IMG/VR virus record: IMGVR_UViG_3300037797_000117
Location: 32,001-96,000 of that record
Reading direction: 5' to 3' (one strand)
DNA: 64,000 nt
DNA from: a virus
Within the stretch, counting starts at the first letter, position 1; each line of letters opens with the position of its first letter. Positions 10,433-19,544 of the stretch are shown here, in pieces. Under the pieces are notes generated by a model. That model had not been told where the DNA came from and searched no databases. It worked only from the letters and a program-made list of their open reading frames with translations. The translations under genes and the position numbers were made by a program.

Positions 10433-10747
10433 ATGCTCGCCGCCACGGCGGAAGCCGGAGCGGTCAACCTGGCCGTGTTCGCCCAGTACGGCGTCCTCGG
10501 CGTCGTCGCGGTCATCCTCATCTGGTTTGCGAAATCCGCGCATCAGCGTGAACGGGAACGCGCGGACCGGCTCGAAGAGGACAACAAGCGGCTCAACATG
10601 CTGATCCTGGACCGGGTCATTCCGGCGTTGACGTCTGCCACCCGGGCGGCTGAGGAATCGGCCGACCTGCTCAATGCGGTGCTACGCGAGCGTGCCATGC
10701 CGTCCCGCGTCGACCTACGTCGAGGTGTGGAAGGCAGGTCCCAATGA
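10433..10747 (+). CDS. Membrane protein, lysis cassette (holin-like)
   Basis: One TM helix (QYGVLGVVAVILIWF) followed by a coiled coil. Confidence 0.65.
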   Translation: MLAATAEAGAVNLAVFAQYGVLGVVAVILIWFAKSAHQRERERADRLEEDNKRLNMLILDRVIPALTSATRAAEESADLLNAVLRERAMPSRVDLRRGVEGRSQ

Positions 10748-10938
10748 TGTCCGTACCTCCCCCCATGCCGGATTCGGCACATATCGAAACCCGGCTGCTG
10801 GTAGTCGCCGAAATGTTGGAAAAGGCCGTTGCCGAGGTCAACCGGGCAATGGCGGACCTGAAATTCGGGGTTCGGGACTTTACCAGCGTCGGCACCTACG
10901 AACCCCCCGAAGACGGTGTCAGGAGTACCCATGTCTGA
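10744..10938 (+). CDS. Small hypothetical protein
   Basis: ATGA overlap with the previous gene. Confidence 0.5.
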   Translation: MMSVPPPMPDSAHIETRLLVVAEMLEKAVAEVNRAMADLKFGVRDFTSVGTYEPPEDGVRSTHV

Positions 10939-11497
10939 ACTGTTCGACCAGGACGGTGGGCGGCATTCCATTCCCCGCCCTGCTTTCCCCCCGGCTCCCC
11001 CACCTCCCCCGCCGCCTTCGCCGACCTCGCCTCCCCCGCCGGTTCCTCCCGCGGTGGCGGTCCTGTCCGCGTCCCTGTCCGCGCTGGTCGCCGAATCGCA
11101 GGCGTTGCGTAGCGACGTCCTCGCCGCCGAACAGGCCCGCAAACGGGCCAACCGGATCGCGTTGAGCCTGCTCGCGGTGCTGTGCCTGTTCACCGGTGCC
11201 GTGCTCGCCATCGGCTGGCAGAACAACCAGTTGAGCCGGCGCGTGGACAAGACGAACAATCAGATGGCTGACTGCACCACCCCGGGCGGGGTCTGCTACG
11301 AGGACGGCCGCCGCCGCACTGAAGGTGCGGTCAGCTCCGTCGTGCGGATCTCCCTGTTCGTATCCCAGTGTGGGCGCCTGCACCCGGGCGAGTCCGGCCC
11401 GGAATACGACCAGAAGATGGAGAAGTGCGTCACGGACCGGCTGGCCGCGGCCGCCGCCGCTGACCGGGCCACACCCGCCCCGTCGCCGGGGGGCTGA
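10931..11497 (+). CDS. Membrane protein, lysis cassette
   Basis: RBS AGGAG; Pro-rich N-terminus, single TM, DCTTPGGVCY extracellular Cys motif. Confidence 0.65.
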   Translation: MSELFDQDGGRHSIPRPAFPPAPPPPPPPSPTSPPPPVPPAVAVLSASLSALVAESQALRSDVLAAEQARKRANRIALSLLAVLCLFTGAVLAIGWQNNQLSRRVDKTNNQMADCTTPGGVCYEDGRRRTEGAVSSVVRISLFVSQCGRLHPGESGPEYDQKMEKCVTDRLAAAAAADRATPAPSPGG

Positions 11498-11500
11498 GCC

Positions 11501-11866
11501 GTGGGCAAGTACGGCAAGGCGGTCGCGGCTGCCCTCCTCGCCGTCGCCACCGCATTTCACACCATGTTGTCCGACAACGTCGTCACCCAGCAGGAAGGTG
11601 TGCAGATCGCGATCGCCGCGGTCACCGCCCTGTCTGTGTGGCTCGTCCCGATGCTGACCTACCCGTGGATGAAGACCGCCATCGCCGCGGTTCTGGCCGG
11701 GCTCAACGTTCTAGTCACCGCCATCGTCGGCGGCATCGGTACCGGCGACCTGGTGCAGGTTTCCATGTCGGTGTTCACCGTCCTCGTTGTCGGTGCCGCA
11801 CCAGCCCATTCCGACCGGCCCGCCCCTGCCGGGCCCGCTGGCCCTTCGGTAGAGCGGCACGACTAG
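11501..11866 (+). CDS. Holin (4 TM)
   Basis: KYGKAVAAAL start; four hydrophobic helices; just upstream of the endolysin. Confidence 0.75.
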   Translation: MGKYGKAVAAALLAVATAFHTMLSDNVVTQQEGVQIAIAAVTALSVWLVPMLTYPWMKTAIAAVLAGLNVLVTAIVGGIGTGDLVQVSMSVFTVLVVGAAPAHSDRPAPAGPAGPSVERHD

Positions 11867-12016
11867 CCGCCCCACCGAAGGGTGGTGCCCCGCCGGATGC
11901 GAGGGAGAGGCCCGCTCAGCGTGGCCCCGCAACCCGTTGCGGCGCAAGCGTTTCACCCATTTCTGGAACACCCGGAACACCTGTAAGCCGACACGCGATC
12001 GCCACGGGGGCAGCGC

Positions 12017-12919
12017 ATGGACAACGACAGCACGATGTGTGAACGCGAAATCGAGACCCAACCGGTCGGTGTCGACGCCGTTGTCCAGGCGGGCCGGTTC
12101 GGGGTGTCCGTTGCCAACCCGAACCAGGCCCGCATCCCCGACGGCCTGTGGTGGCTGTGGCTACGCCTCAAAGGGTTGGAGCCGGCAACCCAGCTCGGCG
12201 GCATCTACGCCGCCAAGTCCGGCTACCACGGCACCCGCGATGAGAACCGCAAGCGGTGGCCGGGGAACTACTCGATCCGTGAAGCTGAGGACCTCGGCGG
12301 GCCGGGTGACAAGGCCGCCGCCCTGGACTGGACGTTTCCCGACGCGCAGGCCGGCCGGTACGGCACCATCTCGAAGTACACCAAGCGGCTTCTGGTGTCG
12401 GGGAAGGACTCCAACGATCCGCGGCTGGACGGGCTCCGCGAGTTCTACGGCCAGGCCGACACCGACCGGTACGTCGAAGGTTGGGACTGCCGGCACCTGG
12501 TCGACGTCACCTCCGACGCGTCCCACCTGTGGCACCTGCATTTCAGCTTTGACCGGGACAAGGTCAACGACATGAAGGTGATGGAGGCGTTGCTGTCGGT
12601 CCTGACCGGGGAGGCGTTGGTGTCGTGGAAGGCCCGCACCGGCGGTGCCTCCCCCGCCCCGCAGCCGACCGGCCCGCCGGCCGGGGCAACCGGTCACCGG
12701 CCGGGGTCGCGGACGTTGCGGCTGACCAGTCCGCAGATGACCGGCGCCGACGTGACGTTCGTGCAGCGGTGGATCGGGCCGGAACGGGCAGGCGCCGCTG
12801 ACGGGATCTACGGCCCTGCCACGGTGGCCGGGGTGAAGTGGTACCAGCGGATGCGTGGCCTCGCCGTCGACGGCGAGGTCGGCCCGAAGACGTGGGCCCA
12901 TCTCGGGGTCAAGGCCTGA
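12017..12919 (+). CDS. Endolysin: Zn-peptidase (M15-like) plus C-terminal peptidoglycan-binding domain
   Basis: GYH...AALDW...SHLWHLHFS; MTGADVTFVQR...DGIYGPAT...VDGEVGPKTW. Confidence 0.88.
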   Translation: MDNDSTMCEREIETQPVGVDAVVQAGRFGVSVANPNQARIPDGLWWLWLRLKGLEPATQLGGIYAAKSGYHGTRDENRKRWPGNYSIREAEDLGGPGDKAAALDWTFPDAQAGRYGTISKYTKRLLVSGKDSNDPRLDGLREFYGQADTDRYVEGWDCRHLVDVTSDASHLWHLHFSFDRDKVNDMKVMEALLSVLTGEALVSWKARTGGASPAPQPTGPPAGATGHRPGSRTLRLTSPQMTGADVTFVQRWIGPERAGAADGIYGPATVAGVKWYQRMRGLAVDGEVGPKTWAHLGVKA

Positions 12920-13587
12920 TGGTGTGCCGGTACTACGAGGATGAGCTGGTAACGCTGTACCTCGGCAATTGCCACGAGATCGCGGAGTGGACGGCGGCAG
13001 ACGTTCTCGTTACCGATCCGCCGTACGGAATCGGATGGCGGACCAACGGTGGCGGCGGAAACGGTATCACCCCCGGCCGGCGTCACGACGGCATCCAAGG
13101 CGATAATGACACCTCGACTCGCGACAGGGCGATGGATCTATGGGGGGCAAAACCGGCGCTGGTGTTCGGATCGTTTCGCGCCCCGCCCCCGGCTGGCGTG
13201 GTCGAAACTCTGGTCTACCGAAAGCCAGCAGATTCGGGTGTCCTCGGCACCACCACCGGGTGGCGTCGGGACGTCGAACCCGTTTACGTCCTCGGTACGT
13301 GGCCTCGCCGCAAGACGCGGTGGAGTGCGGTAGTCGCCGCTCGCGGCGGGATTTGCAACGCCATCATGCGTACCGGCCACCCCCACACCAAGCCGCTCGA
13401 CGTAATGGAGCAACTCGTCGAGGCCTGCCCCGAGGGTGTGATCGCCGACCCGTTCGCTGGCTCGGGTTCGACGCTGGTTGCAGCACGTAACCTCGGACGT
13501 CGTGCTGTCGGCGTAGAGCTGGAGGAACGCTATTGCGAGGTCGTCGCCAAGCGACTCGACCAAGGCGTACTGCCCCTCATGTCATGA
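12919..13587 (+). CDS. Site-specific DNA methyltransferase (N4-C/N6-A, beta class)
   Basis: VTDPPYG catalytic motif, HPHTKP, DPFAGSGST SAM-binding motif; start overlaps the endolysin stop. Confidence 0.92.
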   Translation: MVCRYYEDELVTLYLGNCHEIAEWTAADVLVTDPPYGIGWRTNGGGGNGITPGRRHDGIQGDNDTSTRDRAMDLWGAKPALVFGSFRAPPPAGVVETLVYRKPADSGVLGTTTGWRRDVEPVYVLGTWPRRKTRWSAVVAARGGICNAIMRTGHPHTKPLDVMEQLVEACPEGVIADPFAGSGSTLVAARNLGRRAVGVELEERYCEVVAKRLDQGVLPLMS

Positions 13588-13621
13588 CATCTGGGATAGT
13601 GGTCGACGTGCCGATGGCATG

Positions 13622-13670
13622 CGAAGCGGCCCGGCCACACCCCCGTCGGGGGTGTGGCCGGGCCGCTTCG
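13622..13670. terminator. Bidirectional terminator hairpin
   Basis: Perfect 23-bp inverted repeat CGAAGCGGCCCGGCCACACCCCC with a GTC loop, between convergent genes. Confidence 0.85.
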
Positions 13671-13688
13671 TGGTTCGGCGCGGGCCGG

Positions 13689-14018
13689 TTACCAGACGGT
13701 CTTGCCGTGTCCGACCTGGGCACTGCGTGCCCGGTTCCAGTGCGGCACGTGCTGCTGGACCGGGTTGACACCGACCATTTCGACGTAGGTCGAGGCCGGC
13801 ACGACGGTGCCCAGGCGCAGGTCGCCGGGTTCGGCGTCTCCGGGCCATTCGAAGGTAGGCAGGTGCCGGTCGACGTACAGGGTGGCTTCTTCTTCGCTGC
13901 CCCACACGGTGCGGGCCACGGTGCGGGCGTCTTTGTCGCCACGTTTGAACGCGAGAACTGCGATCCATACTTCGCCGGGTGGTGCCCAGGCGGGTGGAAC
14001 GGTGGTGCTGGTCGTCAC
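13689..14018 (-). CDS. Hypothetical protein (109 aa)
   Basis: RBS GGAGGGA upstream; ends at the hairpin. Confidence 0.6.
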   Translation of the reverse strand: MTTSTTVPPAWAPPGEVWIAVLAFKRGDKDARTVARTVWGSEEEATLYVDRHLPTFEWPGDAEPGDLRLGTVVPASTYVEMVGVNPVQQHVPHWNRARSAQVGHGKTVW

Positions 14019-14169
14019 GGGTGTTCCCTCCGCCGGGTTGCGTTCGAGCTGGCCGTGTCGTTTTGATCAGTGCGCCGTTGTGTGTACAACGACGGGTCCG
14101 GGCTGGCAGGTACGGCCCCCGCCGACTTTCGTATTTGTGTGATCACTCTGAGCTAGGAACATAGACATG

Positions 14170-14510
14170 ACGGTTGACCTTGGGACGGTGGCCTGACGCA
14201 CTTGCCCGACAAGGGGTCGGTTCGTTAGACGCCGCCCGTGCCCGCAGCCCTTGCTGCGCGCGGGCTATCGGCGTCTACAACCGACACACCCGTACCCGGC
14301 CCGGGGCCGGGGTGCGGGCCGAAGTCATTGCTCCATCGGGGGCGCGGCGGCGGCACAAGGTTGGGTGTGCGCGGGCGAGGCCACAGAACCCTTCCTCATG
14401 CCACCGCCGCGTTGACGCGCAGCCGATCGGGGGACGGAATGCGCGTATGAGGTGGCGGGGGGCCGCGAACTGGACGTGGCCCCCCGCCCCGACAGATTCG
14501 GGCACCATAC
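14170..14510 (+). ncRNA. Candidate structured non-coding RNA
   Basis: No convincing ORF; nested stems 14216-14285, 14289-14318, 14344-14410 and 14454-14488; G-U wobbles favour the + strand. Confidence 0.4.
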
Positions 14511-14574
14511 CGCTCAACCCAGGTACCGCGAGGCCAAACTACGCGCGCTTATAACCCGACTTGAGCGGGGAAGG

Positions 14575-15489
14575 TTACGGCCCGGGCGTCGACCAACTGC
14601 TCTGGATGGTGGTGACCGCGTCGGCCAGCGTCGGCCATTCCATCCACGCCACCGACCCGGCGATGGCTGTAATCAGCAGCGGCCGCACCACGTACTGCTC
14701 GAATAGGCCGCCGGTGTTGAAGCGGGTCTTGACCGTCGCCGACCAGGACCCGGCCCGGACCGTGACGGTTTTCGGTGGTCCGACCGGATGCCACCGCCGC
14801 CACCCGACGATACGTCTGCGGCCGGTGGAGTCGCGGCGCAGCACCGGCACCGGGACCGGCGCCACGATCGGGCAGGCCGAGTTGGTCGGCGCGTCGCCGA
14901 GGCAGTGGATGAGAGATCCGGCGGCTACGGCGAGGCCGAGCCACCACGCCGACCCGGGCGCCTGAACGAAGGTGAACACGGCGAACCCGGCCGGCACCAG
15001 GACCGGAACCGAGATCCGCATTCGCCGCCGTCGGGGTCCGGTCCGGATCTGGATCCGTTGCCACCGCCACGGCAGTGTCGTGCGCAGCCCGAGGTGGGCT
15101 GACACGAATACCAGGGCGGCGGCCAGGTACGGCCCGGCCCACCGGCCGGCCGCGGCCACCACCACACCACACAGGATTGCCCACACCGCGGTGTGGGTAA
15201 GGAGCCGATGCCCGCCCAGACCCGGGCGGTCCCACGCGGTACGGGTCCGGTCGTGGACGACGCGGCTCAGTTCAGCGACCGCTTCGGCCAGGTAGCGGGT
15301 GATGGGGCCGGCGTACCGGGAAACCGTCGACTCTGGGTGGTCCAGGTCGGGAATCAGTGCCCACCCGGCGCACACCGCCGCGCCGATGGTACGTACGTGC
15401 AGCGCCACTGGGTGCCCGGCGGCGTCGAGGACCGCGCAGCCGGCGAGCCAGCCGGCGGCGCCACTCATCGCGTGCTGCTTGCCCATCAT
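14575..15489 (-). CDS. Membrane-bound metal-dependent hydrolase (YbcI/DUF457-like)
   Basis: MMGKQH, ALIPDLDHPES, GHRLLTHT and HCLGDAPT motifs; multiple TM helices. Confidence 0.85.
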   Translation of the reverse strand: MMGKQHAMSGAAGWLAGCAVLDAAGHPVALHVRTIGAAVCAGWALIPDLDHPESTVSRYAGPITRYLAEAVAELSRVVHDRTRTAWDRPGLGGHRLLTHTAVWAILCGVVVAAAGRWAGPYLAAALVFVSAHLGLRTTLPWRWQRIQIRTGPRRRRMRISVPVLVPAGFAVFTFVQAPGSAWWLGLAVAAGSLIHCLGDAPTNSACPIVAPVPVPVLRRDSTGRRRIVGWRRWHPVGPPKTVTVRAGSWSATVKTRFNTGGLFEQYVVRPLLITAIAGSVAWMEWPTLADAVTTIQSSWSTPGP

Positions 15490-15740
15490 CGGCGGCGTCC
15501 CCGGTCGGTGGAGCGTCGACCTTTGCGGCCTTCGTTGGCGTCCGGGGCGCGGTGCCCGACGTGGTGAAAGCCGCAGCCGCCCTGGTCGGGTCGGCAGTAG
15601 TAGGCGCCGAGGCTGCCCCGCGGGTGAAGACCGCTGCCGATCATCTGTTCGCGCCGGGCGACCGCAGCTTCCCGGGTCTCCAGACGTTCCTTCTTCTTCT
15701 TGTCTCCGCATCGGCGGGCGACGGACTGGGTGAACGGCAT
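15486..15740 (-). CDS. Hypothetical Zn-binding protein
   Basis: RCGDKK...AYYC...GCGFHHVGH motif; overlaps the next gene. Confidence 0.6.
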   Translation of the reverse strand: MPFTQSVARRCGDKKKKERLETREAAVARREQMIGSGLHPRGSLGAYYCRPDQGGCGFHHVGHRAPDANEGRKGRRSTDRGRRR

Positions 15741-15741
15741 G

Positions 15742-15963
15742 TCACACCCCCGCCGCGGGGGTGACCATGCCAGGCGCGAAGTGGACGATGACGCCGGCGA
15801 CGACCCGCTCGGGGTGGCCTGCGGTGCAGGGAACCACCGCGACGGCGGTCACGGTCGGGTACTGGCCTTTGACGCGGCGCAGCTCCCGGAGCAGGCAGCC
15901 ACAGCGTGCTTGCAGGTCGTATCCGACCGGAGCAAGGGGTGGGGCTGTTTGAAGATCAGACAT
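15742..15963 (-). CDS. Hypothetical protein
   Basis: RBS AGAGG; operon position. Confidence 0.55.
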   Translation of the reverse strand: MSDLQTAPPLAPVGYDLQARCGCLLRELRRVKGQYPTVTAVAVVPCTAGHPERVVAGVIVHFAPGMVTPAAGV

Positions 15964-16074
15964 GGCGGTAACCTCTTCTTTAACAATGGGGCGATTCGTC
16001 GTCCCGCCCCAGGAAGTCGCTCTGGCCTTCGGGTCCGGGTCGGGTGTCGTGGGGCCGTTTGGGGAAACGATTGA

Positions 16075-16108
16075 GAAGCGGGGCCACCTCTCGGGTTGGC
16101 CCCGCTTC
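16075..16108. terminator. Terminator hairpin
   Basis: GAAGCGGGGCCA...TGGCCCCGCTTC. Confidence 0.7.
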
Positions 16109-16113
16109 GCTTG

Positions 16114-16524
16114 TCAGAAGGGCCGTTCGAGGATCGTGCCGTCGGGCCAGGCGATCATAGGGACGGTCTTCACGGCCTGGCCGTCGGTGACTCCCAACCT
16201 CCAGATGTCACCCCAAACGGGGCCCTGGCCATGCAGGTAGCCGACGAACTGGTGGCCGGGGAAGGCGTCGACGAGCTCTTGAAGCTCCTCTTCTACGAGG
16301 GACAGCCTCACCGGGTACGGCCATGGAAACGCGACCGCGGTCGCGGTACGCGCTTCCAGGATCCCGTCGTCGGTCTCGACCTGTTCTGATCTTTCGACCA
16401 AGTACAGTCCCTTGCGGTTTTCCATGGCGTGTTCCCGGCTGCGGTACGGGCTGTCCTTGTACTCGAACCACCGCAGCGGTGGTTCGATCGTGATTTCTCC
16501 GCGCATGGAGCTGTCGTAGCCCAT
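16114..16524 (-). CDS. Hypothetical phage protein
   Basis: MGYDSSMRGEITIEPPL start with RBS GAAGGA. Confidence 0.7.
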   Translation of the reverse strand: MGYDSSMRGEITIEPPLRWFEYKDSPYRSREHAMENRKGLYLVERSEQVETDDGILEARTATAVAFPWPYPVRLSLVEEELQELVDAFPGHQFVGYLHGQGPVWGDIWRLGVTDGQAVKTVPMIAWPDGTILERPF

Positions 16525-16610
16525 CTCGGTCCTTCCTCGGATTCGGGGGTCAGGCGGTGGGGCCGCCCGGCTCGTCATGCGGGTCGCACTCCGGCATGAC
16601 GTTCTCCTGT

Positions 16611-16937
16611 TCAAGCGGCTGAGGAACCGGAGCGGCGGCGGCTGCCGCGGCGGGCGGCCACCCGCAGCATCAGGTTCATCGGGTTGACCCCGGCCCGGGT
16701 AGCGATCTGGTCCCAGGTGGTCATGGCGGTGGACTGTTCGTGGATGGTGGAGGCCGCGTCGTCGATGATGGCCTCGTACAGGCCGGTCATCGTCGTGAGG
16801 TGTTCGAGGACCTGCCGGGCGGCGTCGAGCCGGCGGCCGGGGTCGTCGAGGTCTCTGATCAGCCCCGGGGACGGCACCGTGAAGTAGCTGCCGGCCAGGC
16901 GGGTGATGCACGCCTCGTCGAGGGGGCGGCGGCGCAT
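16611..16937 (-). CDS. Hypothetical protein, possible C-terminal HTH
   Basis: TWDQIATRAGVN motif; start overlaps the upstream stop. Confidence 0.6.
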   Translation of the reverse strand: MRRRPLDEACITRLAGSYFTVPSPGLIRDLDDPGRRLDAARQVLEHLTTMTGLYEAIIDDAASTIHEQSTAMTTWDQIATRAGVNPMNLMLRVAARRGSRRRSGSSAA

Positions 16938-17248
16938 CAGGCCCGGCCTGTCCGGGCACGGATCGCGGTGGCGGCCGCGACAACAGCGGCGCCGGCGGCT
17001 TCGCGACGGCGGTCGGTGGCCACGTAGGACGGGATGTCCCGGATGAGGTCGCCCGCGATCCCGGACTGGTCGCCGGCGGCGATCAGTCCGGCCATGTAGG
17101 CCTCGGGTAGCTCGCCGAGGATGTCCGACACCTTCGCGGCGATGACATCACGGGCGGCGGCCTTGATTCGGAACGTGGCGAGTGCCCGGTAGGCGGCCCG
17201 CCGGGACCGGACGTAGCTGGGGATGTGCTCCCCGCCGGGGTGGTTCAT
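16937..17248 (-). CDS. Hypothetical protein
   Basis: First gene of the leftward operon; RBS GGGAG. Confidence 0.6.
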   Translation of the reverse strand: MNHPGGEHIPSYVRSRRAAYRALATFRIKAAARDVIAAKVSDILGELPEAYMAGLIAAGDQSGIAGDLIRDIPSYVATDRRREAAGAAVVAAATAIRARTGRA

Positions 17249-17298
17249 GAGGTTTCTCCCAGCTCGGGTTCGGATCTCAGATCGGGTGTACCTCTTTC

Positions 17299-17328
17299 TT
17301 GTACCGTACCCGGGGTACCGAGTATTGT
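17299..17328. promoter_or_regulatory. Regulon promoter/operator copy 1 (divergent)
   Basis: + strand TTGTAC-cgtacccggggtaccgag-TATTGT; overlapping - strand TGGACA-N17-TACGGT. Confidence 0.75.
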
Positions 17329-17398
17329 CCAGAATCGAAGTAGGTTGCCGACCCGGGGAGCTGGACCCCGGCCGGTGGCCCCATGAGATGGAGCACCG

Positions 17399-17776
17399 AT
17401 GCGTCGCCACCTTGTTCTCGTACGCCCGGAACCCATGCCGCGGTGCACCGCCGCCGACCCGTCCGCAACCTGCACCTGCAAAGGGCTGCTGGCCTACGTC
17501 GGTGGGGAATGGGTCCACGTCGACGTCTGCCTCGACTGCCTGACCGGGCCGGGCGGGCGGTGCCAGGGCCGGCATTCGCCGGTCGACCCGGACGGCGGGC
17601 CCTGCGACGACCCGCAACCGGCCGTGTGCGTCCACGAAGAGGACTGGCAGTGCCGCAACCCGGCCGAGATCCACGTCAAATGCGCCTACGCGCTCCCGGA
17701 TCAGACCTGCTGCGGCTGCTGCTGGGCAGACGAGTACCCGCTGGTCGACGACCGCGACCTGGTCGGGGCCGGGTGA
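17399..17776 (+). CDS. Cys-rich hypothetical protein
   Basis: RBS GGAG; many Cys residues. Confidence 0.6.
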   Translation: MRRHLVLVRPEPMPRCTAADPSATCTCKGLLAYVGGEWVHVDVCLDCLTGPGGRCQGRHSPVDPDGGPCDDPQPAVCVHEEDWQCRNPAEIHVKCAYALPDQTCCGCCWADEYPLVDDRDLVGAG

Positions 17777-18336
17777 AGCGGTCGCCGATGACCCGGTCGC
17801 AGACCCCGATGTCCCGAAGCCCGATGACGCGGACCCGGATGAAGCGGCGGCCGGCGGACAACCACCTGACCGGCGACGAGTGGGATGTCCAGGGCCAGAT
17901 GTTGCTGGTCCGCACCGGTGGCCTGTGTGAAGGGCGCACCCCGGCGTGTATCGCGCCGGACGGCCTGGTGCTGGGGATGCCCCGGGAGCAGGTGGAGATC
18001 CAGCACCGGCGGGCGCAGGGCATGGGCGGTACGGCCCTGGTCGAGGCGAACAACCTGGCGAACCTGTTGCTGTTGTGCGCGCGGTGTCACCGGTGGGTGG
18101 AGTCGCGGCCGTCGCCGCCGGATGACGGGGCGGATCTGGCCCGGCGGCGGGGTCTGTGGGTCGGGCATGACTACCGGGACGGGGTGCCGGTGCCGGTTGA
18201 GGAGTATCCGCTGGTGTTGGCGTCGGGGCGGATGGTGTTGCTGGATCCGGTGGTGCCGGAGTATCGGCGGCATCCGTCGGAGTGGTCCGGAGAATGGTCA
18301 CAGCTTGTGCCGTACCCCGGGTACGGCTACAGTTAG
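17773..18336 (+). CDS. HNH endonuclease
   Basis: GLCE...C...QHRRAQGMGG...NLANLLLLCARCHRWVE. Confidence 0.85.
   Translation: MKRSPMTRSQTPMSRSPMTRTRMKRRPADNHLTGDEWDVQGQMLLVRTGGLCEGRTPACIAPDGLVLGMPREQVEIQHRRAQGMGGTALVEANNLANLLLLCARCHRWVESRPSPPDDGADLARRRGLWVGHDYRDGVPVPVEEYPLVLASGRMVLLDPVVPEYRRHPSEWSGEWSQLVPYPGYGYS
18305..18333 (+). promoter_or_regulatory. Regulon promoter/operator copy 2 (perfect palindrome)
   Basis: TTGTGC-cgtaccccgggtacggc-TACAGT. Confidence 0.85.
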
Positions 18337-18368
18337 GTTGTTGGTAGAGGACAACGGAAGGCAACCCC

Positions 18369-19442
18369 ATGACCACAGCGACCGTGACACCCCTGGTCTC
18401 CGGCACGACCGACGCGCACGGCACTACGAGCACCGTCACCAACGGTGGACTCCTCCGCGACGAGGCCCGCCGCATCCCCGCCTTCATCGCGCTGTCCCGC
18501 CTCGGCGACGGCCGCTACGCCGAGAACGTGGCCGGCATGACCGTCCCGCAGGCCCTGGAAGCCGCCGGCCTCGACTTCACCGTCGCCAAGCACGACGGCC
18601 TGTCCGTGAACGGCTTCAACGACGGCTGTGACCGAGTTGCCGGCCTGACCAAGATGCGCGGCGCCGTCGCCCACTTCACCGACCACCGCCCGCCGACCCT
18701 CCTCGGTGTCGTCGGTGAGGGCTACGAGGTCGTCCAGCCCGCCGAGGCAGCCCAGTTCGGCCAGGCCGTACTCGACGAGGGCGGCGCCACCGTTGTCGCA
18801 GTCGGCGCCTACGGAGACCCGATCGGGTCACGCATGTACATGGCGCTGAAGATGCCCGGCGGCATCACCATCGGCGGCGAGGACCCGCACGACCTGTACC
18901 TCACCATCGGCAACTCGTGGAACCGCTCGACCGGCCTGTGGGCCGTCTGCGCCCCGATCCGCCTGGACTGCACCAACCAATTCGCCGCCACGTTCGGCAA
19001 GCTCTCCGCACGGATCTCGCTGCGCCACACCGCCGGTGTCGCCGCCGAGGTTGCCGAGGTCCGTCGCATGCTGACGATCGCGAACACGTTCACCGACCAC
19101 TTCACCGCGTTCGCCGAGTCGCTACTCACCGAACCGATGGTGGGCAGCGACGTCGACACCTTCGTCGAGAAGCTCATGCCGACCCCGCACGCGGTGAAGA
19201 CCGACCGCGGTGAGCAGAACTGGGCCGGGCGGCGCAACACGATCTCCTACCTGATCCGCGCCGGTGAGCGCAACACCGTCGGCCGGGGCACCCGGTACGC
19301 CGCCTACCAGGGCGTCGCCGAGTGGGCCGACTGGATTAAGGACGCCAAGAGCCCGTTGACCCGCGCCGTGCGCGCGATCGACGGCGGCGAGCACGAACAG
19401 ATCAAGATTCGGGCGGCGGAGCTGCTGTCCGCTGGCCTGTAG
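18369..19442 (+). CDS. DUF932 family protein
   Basis: AGLDFTV, LGVVGEGYEVVQ, YLTIGNSWN, PIRLDCTNQ, LRHT, GTRYAAYQGVAEWAD. Confidence 0.88.
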   Translation: MTTATVTPLVSGTTDAHGTTSTVTNGGLLRDEARRIPAFIALSRLGDGRYAENVAGMTVPQALEAAGLDFTVAKHDGLSVNGFNDGCDRVAGLTKMRGAVAHFTDHRPPTLLGVVGEGYEVVQPAEAAQFGQAVLDEGGATVVAVGAYGDPIGSRMYMALKMPGGITIGGEDPHDLYLTIGNSWNRSTGLWAVCAPIRLDCTNQFAATFGKLSARISLRHTAGVAAEVAEVRRMLTIANTFTDHFTAFAESLLTEPMVGSDVDTFVEKLMPTPHAVKTDRGEQNWAGRRNTISYLIRAGERNTVGRGTRYAAYQGVAEWADWIKDAKSPLTRAVRAIDGGEHEQIKIRAAELLSAGL

Positions 19443-19448
19443 GAACGT

Positions 19449-19487
19449 CAGCCGCCCGGCCCCGTCTCCCCCGGGGCCGGGCGGCTG
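19449..19487 (+). terminator. Terminator hairpin
   Basis: CAGCCGCCCGGCCCC...GGGGCCGGGCGGCTG. Confidence 0.75.
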
Positions 19488-19544
19488 CACAGACGGCACA
19501 CGGTCACACCTTCGCGCCGTTGCCCCGGAATCGAACTACCTCAG

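Noticed and set aside
19510-19542. Extra regulon promoter copy (TCGCGCCGTTGCCCCGGAATCGAACTACCTC)
   Set aside because: Too degenerate in the -35, spacing and -10 to count, though it may be a decayed copy
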